A stretch of DNA of 32,000 bases from Candidatus Heimdallarchaeota archaeon (GCA_030668875.1 DAOVER010000029.1:6709-38708); one strand, 5' to 3'. Positions 1 through 9,568 are shown, counted from the stretch's first letter. Program-made: numbers and translations. The notes: generated by a model from the letters alone, not told the origin.

Positions 1-116
1 ACAAAACCTTAAACAGCCTTCTGTGTTATTTTAGGGGTTTTAGTCTATAAGAGCTTAAAACATTAAATATAACCTCTACAAATATAATCAAAGCTTTATT
101 CGGACAGAGTTACGGA

Positions 117-893
117 GTGAACCTTGTGGAAACCTATGACGAGATCATAAGAGTGATTGCCAAACATGTGCTAAAAGCAGAGACAATCATTTTTTTTACC
201 GGTGCTGGTACAAGTGTCCATAGTGGTATTCCCGATTTTCGTTCCGATGGAGGACTGTGGGAAAAATTCAACCCTCTTGAAGTAGCAACTATCAGAGCTT
301 TTAGAAAAAACCCTGATAAAGTGTGGGAGTTCTTTCGAATAATTTATGAGGACTTTCAACCTGTGGAACCTAATAAGGGTCATTATGCAATTACAGAGAT
401 TCAACAAATAAAAGGAGAGAATAAGGTTCACATAGCAACACAAAATATTGATGGACTTCATCAGAAATCTGGATCTACAAATGTATACGAATTACACGGA
501 AATCCTGACATAATGCACTGTATTAGATGTTCTCATGAGGAACAGATGAATTACGAAAAACATATTGAACCAGAAAAATACCCCTTATGTCCTAAATGTG
601 AAAATCCTCTAAAACCAAAAGTAATACTCTTTGGAGAACCTCTGGACATGGAAGTTTTTAACTCTGCAATGAGAGTATCCAATAGGAGTGATATAGCTGT
701 TGGAGTTGCTACTAGTTTAGAAGTTTTTCCAGCTGCTAATATTCTTTTATCTCCACCTCCGCCAACTAAAAAAGCACTATTCAATCTTACACCTACCTTA
801 TACAACGCCCAAATAGATTACTATGTTGAGGGAGACATAATTGAAACCTTACCTACTTTGGCTAGAATTCTGAAAGAAATAAGTCAAAAATGA
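117..893 (+). CDS. cobB: NAD-dependent protein deacylase, sirtuin (Sir2/CobB) family
   Basis: TGAGTSVHSGIPDFRS, TQNIDGLH, ELHGN, zinc motif CIRC...CPKC, PKVILFGE, TSLEVFPAA; GTG start. Confidence 0.95.
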   Translation: MNLVETYDEIIRVIAKHVLKAETIIFFTGAGTSVHSGIPDFRSDGGLWEKFNPLEVATIRAFRKNPDKVWEFFRIIYEDFQPVEPNKGHYAITEIQQIKGENKVHIATQNIDGLHQKSGSTNVYELHGNPDIMHCIRCSHEEQMNYEKHIEPEKYPLCPKCENPLKPKVILFGEPLDMEVFNSAMRVSNRSDIAVGVATSLEVFPAANILLSPPPPTKKALFNLTPTLYNAQIDYYVEGDIIETLPTLARILKEISQK

Positions 894-974
894 AAATTTT
901 CAAGTTATATCCAGAGAATCATAGAAAATTTAAAGTATTCAGTCTATTATTATAAATTGTAAGGATGATTTAAA

Positions 975-1988
975 ATGTCTGAAGAAAAAGAACATAGTAG
1001 CTATGAAGAGACTGCAAAAGATGTCATAGAAGAGATGGATGAGATGGATGATGTTCAATCTGAAATTTCTAAACGAGTAGAAGAAGAGGAAGAAGAAATG
1101 GAAACACAAGTAGTTGAGGAAGAGACAGCAAAAGAACCTGAAGAGACAGCAAAAGAACCTGAAGTTACAGCTAAAATACCTGAAGATAAAAAAGATGAAA
1201 AGAAAAAGAAAAAAGAAGAACGGGTAGTTTATTCTCACATTGATGTTGATCTTTGGAGAACTAAAATGCACCGAGAAGAATGGGGTATTCGCTTAGATGC
1301 TCAAAGAGCTCAAAAAGATCGCCAATGGACTCGCGACATGGATATGATTGGCGAGATTAAAAAAGACGGTGAAACTTATGGTTTTCTTGGTCAAAGAGAA
1401 AAATTATGGAAGAATAAAGACCCTCTAGAGAGAAGATTTGTCATGAAAATGTTCTCAAAAGGTGGTTACTGGCGAGGTAGCATAGAAAGATTGCAGGGAG
1501 AAAGTTTCGCGAATTCTCATGCAACTAAGGAACCTTGTCCTTCATACGTTTGTATTTTCAAACATACTAGGAATCTATATAGAATCAAGAGATTGGCTCA
1601 TTTCCCAAGATTTCAAGGAGAAGTTTTCGGTTTCAGTTATCTTGATGAAAATGATGTATTTCAAACATTTGTGATAGATGACAAAAGGTTAACCTTCGGT
1701 AGCGATTGGATGATCAAAGACATTCACAACAAGATTATTGCCAAAATTGATGGTAAATTCATGAACTTGGGTGGAAGATTCAATATTGATATTTTCGATG
1801 AAGTACTTGCAAATGATAAGACATTTTACAATATAATGATTCTATTCAGCGCCACACTTCGTTTCCATAAAAATATCAAGAAAAATATCAAGAAAGCTCT
1901 AAAAGAGCTTAGGATTACAGATGCTAAAGTTAAATTAGATGATAGTGAAACAAACCTATATTTGAATCCTCGAAAACTATCAATTTAA
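975..1988 (+). CDS. Hypothetical protein: acidic low-complexity N-terminus, C-terminal LURP-one/Tubby C-like region
   Basis: 337-aa ORF; E/K-rich first ~85 aa; the C-terminal pattern GSDWMIKD...IIAKIDGK...FNIDI...MILFSATL resembles Tub_2/scramblase-like folds (recognised by eye). Confidence 0.6.
   Translation: MSEEKEHSSYEETAKDVIEEMDEMDDVQSEISKRVEEEEEEMETQVVEEETAKEPEETAKEPEVTAKIPEDKKDEKKKKKEERVVYSHIDVDLWRTKMHREEWGIRLDAQRAQKDRQWTRDMDMIGEIKKDGETYGFLGQREKLWKNKDPLERRFVMKMFSKGGYWRGSIERLQGESFANSHATKEPCPSYVCIFKHTRNLYRIKRLAHFPRFQGEVFGFSYLDENDVFQTFVIDDKRLTFGSDWMIKDIHNKIIAKIDGKFMNLGGRFNIDIFDEVLANDKTFYNIMILFSATLRFHKNIKKNIKKALKELRITDAKVKLDDSETNLYLNPRKLSI
1119..1181 (+). repeat. In-frame 21-bp tandem repeat x3 (EETAKEP EETAKEP EVTAKIP)
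   Basis: GAAGAGACAGCAAAAGAACCT exact at 1119-1139 and 1140-1160; degenerate third copy GAAGTTACAGCTAAAATACCT at 1161-1181. Confidence 0.95.
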
Positions 1989-2019
1989 TTCTTTCTTCTA
2001 TTTTTTTTCTTTACTTTTT
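1989..2019 (+). terminator. Archaeal U-rich intrinsic terminator
   Basis: Long T/C tract directly after the TAA at 1986-1988. Confidence 0.55.
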
Positions 2020-2037
2020 ATATGTAAATAATTTTAA

Positions 2038-3459
2038 ATGGTTGTAGGATGCAGAAAGATGAAAAAGCTCTCAATTCGTTTCAGAGTAGGATTTGATTTA
2101 ATAATCGAAGCTGATGAAGAGATAACAGACTCTGCTTTACTCAAGTTAATGAAAGTAAATCCAAGAAAAAAGAATGAATACCGAGCTTCTCCTCACACAT
2201 ATAAAGACATTATTAGTATCCTTGAAGAAAAAAATGTATCGTTAAATACTGAAATCTTAAAAGATTCAGCTCTTACTCACGAATATATTAATAGAATGAA
2301 ACTTAAGCTAGATCTTAGACCTTATCAAGAACATGCAATTTCTGAATTTTTTGGAAACAAAGGTATGGGTGTTGTAATCTTACCAACAGCAGCAGGGAAA
2401 ACAATCATAGGTTTTAAGATAATTGAAAAACTCAAACAGAAAACACTAATCATCGTTCCCACAAAAAACTTACTTTATCAATGGATTGATCATTTGACCA
2501 AGTATACATCTTTATCAAAAAACATGATTGGTCAAGTAGGCGACAATATCAAAGATATTAAAGAAATTACCATTACTACATACGATAGCGCGAGATTAAA
2601 TCTCAATTTATTCAGAAAAATATTCAATTTGGTTATTCTAGATGAAGCACATCATGCTGCAGCAAAAGAAACAATCAAAGTACTTGAAGGTCTTCCAGCT
2701 GAATACAGGTTAGGATTAACTGCTACTCCTGATAGATCTGACAAGGGAGAAGAGTTACTGTTCAAATATATTGGAAAACCTATTGTTGTGGCTAAGATTT
2801 CTGATTTAGCTGAAAATGGTTTTATTGCAAAACACCAGCTGAAAACAGTAAAAGTTCCATTAACTGAAGAAGAGAGGATTCAGTATGAAAAAAACATGGG
2901 AATATACCGGGAATATTTGAGGAAAAGAAAAATCCAGATACGTTCTCCGGAAGATTATGAACGTTATCTTATCTTTCGAGTCAATCAAGATGTTGAAGCA
3001 AAAGAAGCTTTAGATGCTCACAGAATGGCAAGAAAGATTGTTTATTCATCTCAATCTAAGTTAGACAAGATGGAGGAATTATTAGATAAGCACTGCAAAG
3101 ACAAAATGATCATATTTTCTGAATTCAATGATATGGTTTATTCTATTGGAAGGAAACACCTGATTCCTATTATTACGCATGAAACAAAGAGCTCCGAACG
3201 TGAGGAAATTCTGAATATGTTTAGTTTAGGAGAATACACTAAGATTGTAACTGGGAGAGTTCTTGATGAAGGATGGGATTGTGGTTCAGTTAATGTTGGA
3301 ATTATTGTAAGTGGGACTGGGCAAGCTAGACAGTTTATACAGAGATTAGGGAGAATTCTTAGACCAAAAGAAGGAGAGGCAATTCTCTATGAATTAGTTA
3401 CACCAGATACGATAGAAACAGGGACAGTAAAACGAAGGAAGAAGGCTGATGTGATATAA
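2038..3459 (+). CDS. xpb: Archaeal XPB (Rad25-like) SF2 DNA helicase/translocase; real start may be the ATG at 2059
   Basis: Walker A LPTAAGKT, DEAHH, TATPDRSD (RED-motif position), motif VI QFIQRLGRILR; N-terminal YRASPHTYKDII resembles the archaeal XPB damage-recognition domain. Confidence 0.88.
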   Translation: MVVGCRKMKKLSIRFRVGFDLIIEADEEITDSALLKLMKVNPRKKNEYRASPHTYKDIISILEEKNVSLNTEILKDSALTHEYINRMKLKLDLRPYQEHAISEFFGNKGMGVVILPTAAGKTIIGFKIIEKLKQKTLIIVPTKNLLYQWIDHLTKYTSLSKNMIGQVGDNIKDIKEITITTYDSARLNLNLFRKIFNLVILDEAHHAAAKETIKVLEGLPAEYRLGLTATPDRSDKGEELLFKYIGKPIVVAKISDLAENGFIAKHQLKTVKVPLTEEERIQYEKNMGIYREYLRKRKIQIRSPEDYERYLIFRVNQDVEAKEALDAHRMARKIVYSSQSKLDKMEELLDKHCKDKMIIFSEFNDMVYSIGRKHLIPIITHETKSSEREEILNMFSLGEYTKIVTGRVLDEGWDCGSVNVGIIVSGTGQARQFIQRLGRILRPKEGEAILYELVTPDTIETGTVKRRKKADVI

Positions 3460-5186
3460 TGAGACTTGCGTTATCTGATTTTGAGTTTGACATACGTGGA
3501 TCGGGATCTAATGCGGTATTTTTACCCTTTTATCTAAAATACGAGGATAATAACAGAGTTCAAACTTATATAAATCTCCTTGAAGATAATTTACATAAAA
3601 AAAGGTCAGAAATACCCTTAAAATCACTAGAAGGTTTGTTTATCACTGAAAAAATATCTAAAGCTTTGTTAACCTCATTAAACAGATATTACCAATTCCA
3701 AAGTCAAACTATTAACGAAATTGTAGGACTAGAGGTGAAAGTAGGAACAGAATCAAAGGAGGGGTCAGCAGACATAGCAAAGTTCCTGACACAGGCAGGT
3801 GATATAAATAAAGAAATTAGCAAAATGTCTGCTGCTCAAATCAGGTCTGTTGTTTTTAAAATTGTAAATAGAAACAATAGAGGTTATGTTAAGTCATCTG
3901 AAAGAGAAGAAATAATTAAGCGAATTGAAAAGAACCTCAAAATCCCTAAAAACTCACTGGATAGACTCCTTTATCACGATGTTGATTCTGAAAGAAAACT
4001 GATTAAAAGGGAAGTTGCTGAAACTACTAAGGTCATTGGATGGTATAACTATGATGCTATAGAAACCACTTTGGCTTATGCATTAGATTTACAAATTAAA
4101 ACGCCCAAACTTCCAGGTTATATTGCAAAGAATGTTGTTTATGTTTCTAAGAAAAATTGTGTTTTTACAGAAATAGCTTTGGAGGGAGATGGATATGTTT
4201 TAACTATAATTCCCCCGCTAGAGATGTTTAAAGAGAAAGGAGGATGGGGCAAAAATATCAGTAATGTTGCAATGTATATTATACGCAATTTGCTAAAGGA
4301 AAAAATTGAGTTTCAGCTTCAAGCAATTATTATGCCAAGAAAAAGAAAGGCAGTGTTCGCTTTAAATTCAGAAGGTCTACCAGTTCTTCCCACATTCAGA
4401 ACAGAAGATGATGAGACAATTAAACCTGAGATTGATTCAAAGATAGAGGATAGATTCTTAAAAACATGGAAAAATTATCAAGGATGGAAAGCTCAACCAG
4501 AGCCAGATGCACTTATCATCGGCAAGAAAATGTACATCCCAGATTTCTTACTCGAAAGAAGTGGAAAAAACATATACGTGGAAATTGTTGGGTTCTACAC
4601 GTCAAAGTACATTCAAAAGAAGAAGAGTCAGATGAAAGAGCTATCTACACTAAATATGCCAATTCTGTATTTGGTGGATCAAAATATTTTGTCAAACTTC
4701 ACAGATTTAAGAGATGTTATCTTGCTTCCTTATACGGGAACAATTGTTCCATCTAGTGAGATAGTGAAAATATTAGAGAGTGATTATTCAGATTTTGAGG
4801 AAAGGCTTCCCCAATTTACAAAAATTATAGAAGAAATTGTTTCGGATCTAAATGAGAAAAAAAGCCTTGTTACCCTGCAACAATTAGAAGAGAAACTACA
4901 AGCTTATTCAGCTAAAGAAGTAATAAGAGTACTCGCAGAAGTTGAAATTAAACAACTTATTCAGAAGAATTCAATCGTATTTATTTCTAGTTTTGGATTA
5001 GCTTCAGAGAATATAATAACTGAAGTTGAAACTTATCTCAAAAAGGTAAAGAGAGTTCTGTTATCCACACTTAAAGAAGAATTCCCCAGCTATAAAGAGG
5101 CCGCAATAGCTATCAGCCAGCATATTGGGTGTAGAATTCATTGGAAATCAATTGAAGTAGTGGAAATAATAGCACCTAGAAAATAG
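3459..5186 (+). CDS. bax1: Bax1 endonuclease (DUF790 family), XPB partner
   Basis: PD-(D/E)XK-type PDFLL...YVEIVGFYTSKYIQKK; start overlaps the xpb stop (TAATG), the known xpb-bax1 arrangement. Confidence 0.85.
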   Translation: MRLALSDFEFDIRGSGSNAVFLPFYLKYEDNNRVQTYINLLEDNLHKKRSEIPLKSLEGLFITEKISKALLTSLNRYYQFQSQTINEIVGLEVKVGTESKEGSADIAKFLTQAGDINKEISKMSAAQIRSVVFKIVNRNNRGYVKSSEREEIIKRIEKNLKIPKNSLDRLLYHDVDSERKLIKREVAETTKVIGWYNYDAIETTLAYALDLQIKTPKLPGYIAKNVVYVSKKNCVFTEIALEGDGYVLTIIPPLEMFKEKGGWGKNISNVAMYIIRNLLKEKIEFQLQAIIMPRKRKAVFALNSEGLPVLPTFRTEDDETIKPEIDSKIEDRFLKTWKNYQGWKAQPEPDALIIGKKMYIPDFLLERSGKNIYVEIVGFYTSKYIQKKKSQMKELSTLNMPILYLVDQNILSNFTDLRDVILLPYTGTIVPSSEIVKILESDYSDFEERLPQFTKIIEEIVSDLNEKKSLVTLQQLEEKLQAYSAKEVIRVLAEVEIKQLIQKNSIVFISSFGLASENIITEVETYLKKVKRVLLSTLKEEFPSYKEAAIAISQHIGCRIHWKSIEVVEIIAPRK

Positions 5187-5268
5187 AAACAAAGAATCTT
5201 GTAACAAATCACTGTTTTTTCATTAAAAATGCGAAAAGTTCTTTTAATTTCAGTGCAAATAAATTATA

Positions 5269-6060
5269 ATGTCTGAAAAAATAGCGATAATTGGAGGGTC
5301 AGGAGTTTATGATTTAATCAAGAAAGCAAGCAAGGTATCTGTCAAAACTCCATATGGGAAAGTAGACACTATTAAGAAAACTATGTATAAGGAAAAAGTG
5401 ATTTATTTTCTTCCTCGGCACGGACCAAAACACTCCGTTCCACCACATTTCATCAATTATAGAGCTAATATATATGCACTCTTCAGTTTAGGAGTGAAAA
5501 AAATCTTTTCTACTAATGCTGTAGGCTCCATTGATTTAAGCATTAAACCAGGAGATTTTGTTGTTCCTGACCAGATAATAGATATGACAAAGGTCAGACC
5601 ATTGACATTTTTCGATGGAGCTACAAAAGTTAAGTTTGAAGATGGTTCCATCCGAAAAGGTGTTGTACATCTAGATTATACTGATCCCTACTGCACAAAT
5701 CTTAGAAATATGTACATTAAAGCGGTTGAGGACATTGGAGAAATGGTTTACACAAAGGGAGTCTATGTTTGTTCTGAAGGACCTAGATTTGAAACACCAG
5801 CAGAAATCACCATGTATCAAAAAATGGGCGGAACCTTAGTAGGAATGACTACAATTCCTGAAGCAATCCTCGCAAGGGAGTTGAAGATGTGTTATTCAAC
5901 TCTCTGTCTTATAACTAACTTTGGTGCAGGCATGCAAGAAAAAATAACTCACGAAGAAGTTGTTGAAATTTTTGAACAAAAGACAAATCAAGTTAAGGAG
6001 ATAATGAAGAAAATAATTGCAGCAGAAATTTCTACTGTTAAATGTACTTGTATAAATTAG
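5269..6060 (+). CDS. mtnP: MTAP/PNP-family nucleoside phosphorylase, probably 6-oxopurine/methylthioinosine-specific
   Basis: IAIIGGSG, LPRHG...HSVPPHFINYRANI, EGPRFETPAE, GMTTIPEAILARE, ITNFGAG. Confidence 0.9.
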   Translation: MSEKIAIIGGSGVYDLIKKASKVSVKTPYGKVDTIKKTMYKEKVIYFLPRHGPKHSVPPHFINYRANIYALFSLGVKKIFSTNAVGSIDLSIKPGDFVVPDQIIDMTKVRPLTFFDGATKVKFEDGSIRKGVVHLDYTDPYCTNLRNMYIKAVEDIGEMVYTKGVYVCSEGPRFETPAEITMYQKMGGTLVGMTTIPEAILARELKMCYSTLCLITNFGAGMQEKITHEEVVEIFEQKTNQVKEIMKKIIAAEISTVKCTCIN

Positions 6061-6212
6061 CAAAGCATTGAGATTGAATAATGAAGAAAAATAGTTTTGC
6101 TGGAAATAAGTTAGAAGCTGCTCCTACCCTATCTGTTTGGTAAACGTTGATATTTTGATTTCTCACTTTTGCAACAAGCTTTATAAACCGATGTTGATTT
6201 GTTGCACATATC

Positions 6213-6220
6213 TTATATAA
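6213..6220 (+). promoter_or_regulatory. TATA box of tbp (probably leaderless or short leader)
   Basis: TTATATAA ends 25 nt before the ATG at 6245. Confidence 0.6.
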
Positions 6221-6244
6221 ATAACTTAGAGTTGGAATAACAAA

Positions 6245-6823
6245 ATGGCCCCTAAACTTGATTTTGGAATAGTTATACAAAATGTTGTTGCGAGCATCAA
6301 TCTTTTTACAACCATTGATCTTGTTACTTCTTATCAAACTTTAATAGATGATGATGATCTTTTCGTCAGTTATAATCCTGAAACATTTCCAGGTCTCATC
6401 CTAAAGATTAAGAAACCAAAGATTTCCAGTCTTGTTTTCAGTTCTGGAAAACTGGTTTTAACTGGAGCTAAATCCACCCAAATGGTTCATGAAGGAGTTC
6501 AACAAATGATTAAAATACTCCGTACAGTTGGAACAAAAATTACTGAAGAACCAGAAATCATTGTTCAAAATATCGTTGCTTCTGGTCATTTCAACCACAG
6601 AACCATTAACTTAGAGTTAGCAGCTCTATGGCTTGAGCATTCCATGTATGAACCAGAACAATTCCCAGGTTTGATTTATAGATTGGCAGAACCAAAAACA
6701 GTATTGTTACTGTTCCAATCTGGAAATCTTGTTTGTACAGGTGCAAAAACAGAGGTACAAGTCCGTCAAGCCGTTGAAAACACTTACAATACACTAGACG
6801 AAATCAATGCATTTGATTTCTAA
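6245..6823 (+). CDS. tbp: TATA-box binding protein
   Basis: Two TBP repeats: IQNVVAS...YNPETFPGLILKI...LVFSSGKLVLTGAK and VQNIVAS...YEPEQFPGLIYRL...LLFQSGNLVCTGAK. Confidence 0.99.
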   Translation: MAPKLDFGIVIQNVVASINLFTTIDLVTSYQTLIDDDDLFVSYNPETFPGLILKIKKPKISSLVFSSGKLVLTGAKSTQMVHEGVQQMIKILRTVGTKITEEPEIIVQNIVASGHFNHRTINLELAALWLEHSMYEPEQFPGLIYRLAEPKTVLLLFQSGNLVCTGAKTEVQVRQAVENTYNTLDEINAFDF

Positions 6824-6995
6824 TAACTCTTTTTTCTTTCCCTTTATTCATACTATTTTCGAGAGAACTTGATTCATATCTTCAATTAAACCATCGATGA
6901 TTCCTCATTTCTTACTTTTTAAGATTTTCAGAAATATGATAAGTATAATAAATAAATGCGAGGGTATTTAAATTGGAAAAATAAATAATTAATCA

Positions 6996-8024
6996 ATGAC
7001 GGATAGAAAAAAGAAACAAGTTAATTTTTTGGACAAAGTACTTGGATCTGTAACAAAGGAGGGAGGAGGTGGAGTATTTATCGCATTTGGAGAAGAAGAA
7101 TCGAAACGATTACGTTCAGAACAAAGAAAAACTTATGGAGATTCTGGATTAAAAATTGGCTCTATGCTCACATACAAAATTGATGACTATATAGCAATAA
7201 TTGAAGGAGAACTAAAGAATAATACACTTGAAGATGAAGAGAGATCTGCAAAAACAGAGACCCTATTATTTGCTACTAACATCAAAGTTTCCTTACAAAG
7301 CTTGAATATTTCAGACATTCAAATTCAAGAAGTTAACAATGAACTAAGATTATCATTTGATTCTTTAGTTCAGAACAAATATCCCTTCTTCTTACAGTTT
7401 TTTATCAGATATGAACGAGATGGAAGTATAGTTCTAGATGGTTTATTCAAGAAAATTCAACCCTTTAAAGTTTCAATAAGATCTTTTGGGGATGAAGCTA
7501 AGAAAGAAAATCAAGACAGTTTTGAAAATCTTAATTCTCTATACATTATAAATTCTAATGATGATTTGCTTGTTAAATTTTTAAACCAGAATCCAAGAAT
7601 AACTCAGAAATTAATTGCTTTATCTTCAAATCTTGAGCTAATCATGATTAATCGGAAATACTTTGTTGTAACATTTTACGATGCTAATTCTGTTATCAAA
7701 GTTATTGATTTACTAGGAGAACTCTATAATGAGTTTGTGATACAAAAAACTGGTTTGAAATCTGTAACTTACATCAAATGTTTCAATTGTGGAGAGGAGC
7801 TTGATGAAAATGACGAGAAATGTCCTAACTGTAATGCTAATAGACCTAGATGTGCTGTCTGTCTGTTAGACTTACAACTTGCTGAAAAAGAAGAAGTTGT
7901 TCAAATGCCTTGTTGTGGAGTTTATGGACATAGGGAACACGTTCTGATGTGGGTTGAAAGAGCTCATACTTGTCCAAATTGTAAATCAAGACAGATTGAT
8001 TGGTTGGATGAGTTAAATCGTTAA
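6996..8024 (+). CDS. Zinc-ribbon plus RING-finger protein (putative E3 ligase-like)
   Basis: C-terminal CFNC-x10-CPNC, then CAVC...PCC...GHREH...W...CPNC. Confidence 0.75.
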   Translation: MTDRKKKQVNFLDKVLGSVTKEGGGGVFIAFGEEESKRLRSEQRKTYGDSGLKIGSMLTYKIDDYIAIIEGELKNNTLEDEERSAKTETLLFATNIKVSLQSLNISDIQIQEVNNELRLSFDSLVQNKYPFFLQFFIRYERDGSIVLDGLFKKIQPFKVSIRSFGDEAKKENQDSFENLNSLYIINSNDDLLVKFLNQNPRITQKLIALSSNLELIMINRKYFVVTFYDANSVIKVIDLLGELYNEFVIQKTGLKSVTYIKCFNCGEELDENDEKCPNCNANRPRCAVCLLDLQLAEKEEVVQMPCCGVYGHREHVLMWVERAHTCPNCKSRQIDWLDELNR

Positions 8025-8167
8025 GTTTAGCGCACCTAGTGAGAATCTGATAATAGATAATTGGGTTCAAGGGATGAAAATTATTGCTACTTCAATTCAT
8101 ACTTTCTAATTTTTTTAAAGTTGAGAGAGCAAATTCTTTTTTAGTAAGTTATATATAACATCACTTG

Positions 8168-9559
8168 ATGTGTGATACAGTTGTTGCTGTTGGTAAGTCT
8201 ACCAAAGATGGTAGTGTTATTTTAGGTAAAAATTCAAATCGTGTTCCTAATGAGGTTCATAATGTTGAATATGTTGAAGGGAAAAAACATGGAGCTAATG
8301 CTAATGTCAAATGTACTTATATCACAATCCCCCAAGTAAAAGAAACATATGATGTTCTTCTACTGAAACCATTCTGGATATTTGGTTGTGAAATGGGTAG
8401 TAATGAGTTTGGTGTAACTATCGGTAATGAAGCCGTTTGGAGCAAGGAACCCATACGCGATACAGGTTTGCTTGGTATGGATATGATGCGCTTAGCATTA
8501 GAGAGATCAAAAACTGCAAAAAAAGCCCTTGAAATAATAGCAGAGTTACTGGAGAAGTATGGTCAAGGTGGTCAATGTACTTATGGTGTTAAAGGTCGTG
8601 ATTACCATAATTCTTTCATAATTGCTGATACAAAAGAAGCTTGGATTTTGGAAACAGCTGATAGATTTTGGATAGCTGAGAAAGTGAAAGGAATACGTAC
8701 AATTTCAAACACTCTTTCGATAGGTAGTGATTATGACTTAATTCATCCAGAGTTAATAGACCATGCAATCAAGAAAGGTTATTGTAAGAGTAAAGATGAC
8801 TTCCATTTTGCTAATAATTTCATACCCAAATTCCGTATATATCATGCTATAAAAGAGTCTCAACCTAGATCGCAATATTTTGCAAAGGGCTCTGATCGAC
8901 AACAATGTACTACAGCTCTTCTCTTAAGAAACAAGGGTAAGATAACTCCAGAAGACGTTATGGAAGTTCTTAGAAATCACAATCTCAAACCAGAAGAAGA
9001 AGCTACTTGGTCTGCATCAAAAGCTTCAGCTAAGAGTCCTTGTCAACACGCAACTGGTATGACAGTACCTAGTCAGTCAACTGGGTCTATCGTCTCTCAC
9101 CTGAAAAAAGTCATCCAAGTTCACTGGGTAACCGGTACATCAGGCCCATGTACAAGCACCTTTAAACCTGTATTCTTACCTAAAGTAGGATTCAGTAAAA
9201 AACCTATCCTGGGAGATGAAAAGTACAATGAAAAAGCTCTCTGGTGGCAACATGAAAAACTTCACAGATTGGTTCTTTTAGACTATCAGAAAAGGTTAGG
9301 AACATACAAAGAAGATCGAGACAAATTTGAGAAAAAATATGTTAAAAAAGTAAACACAATTCTCAAAGGTTTATCAGGAAAACCAACAAAAGCTGATTTA
9401 ACAAAAATGAAGAAGGTTACAACAGATTCGTTTAAGGAAAGTCAAAAGTTAACTGATGAATGGATTAATAATATAGTAGATCTTCCAATTGAAACAAGTA
9501 CAGGTGTACTTTATCGAAGATTCTGGAATAAATATAACAAAGTTGATGGTTTAAAATAG
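8168..9559 (+). CDS. Peptidase family C69 (secernin/dipeptidase, Ntn hydrolase)
   Basis: Met-Cys start MCDTVVAVG...GKNSNR, GCEMGSNEFGVTIGNEAV, GLLGMDMMRLALERS, HNSFIIAD...AWILET; ATG at 8168 exposes the Cys nucleophile. Confidence 0.9.
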   Translation: MCDTVVAVGKSTKDGSVILGKNSNRVPNEVHNVEYVEGKKHGANANVKCTYITIPQVKETYDVLLLKPFWIFGCEMGSNEFGVTIGNEAVWSKEPIRDTGLLGMDMMRLALERSKTAKKALEIIAELLEKYGQGGQCTYGVKGRDYHNSFIIADTKEAWILETADRFWIAEKVKGIRTISNTLSIGSDYDLIHPELIDHAIKKGYCKSKDDFHFANNFIPKFRIYHAIKESQPRSQYFAKGSDRQQCTTALLLRNKGKITPEDVMEVLRNHNLKPEEEATWSASKASAKSPCQHATGMTVPSQSTGSIVSHLKKVIQVHWVTGTSGPCTSTFKPVFLPKVGFSKKPILGDEKYNEKALWWQHEKLHRLVLLDYQKRLGTYKEDRDKFEKKYVKKVNTILKGLSGKPTKADLTKMKKVTTDSFKESQKLTDEWINNIVDLPIETSTGVLYRRFWNKYNKVDGLK

Positions 9560-9568
9560 GAGAAAGAG

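Noticed and set aside
1-41. Imperfect hairpin AAAACCTTAA...TTAGGGGTTTT at the window start
   Set aside because: Context is truncated, pairing is weak, and there are no tRNA or other RNA motifs
939-1271. Antisense 110-aa Phe-rich ORF that looks like a membrane protein
   Set aside because: It is the mirror of GAA/AAA-rich codons in the plus-strand gene
6038-6337. Antisense 99-aa ORF across the tbp promoter, and a 20-aa plus-strand ORF at 6081-6143
   Set aside because: The first overlaps two real genes and has no motifs; the second is too short, with no supporting signal
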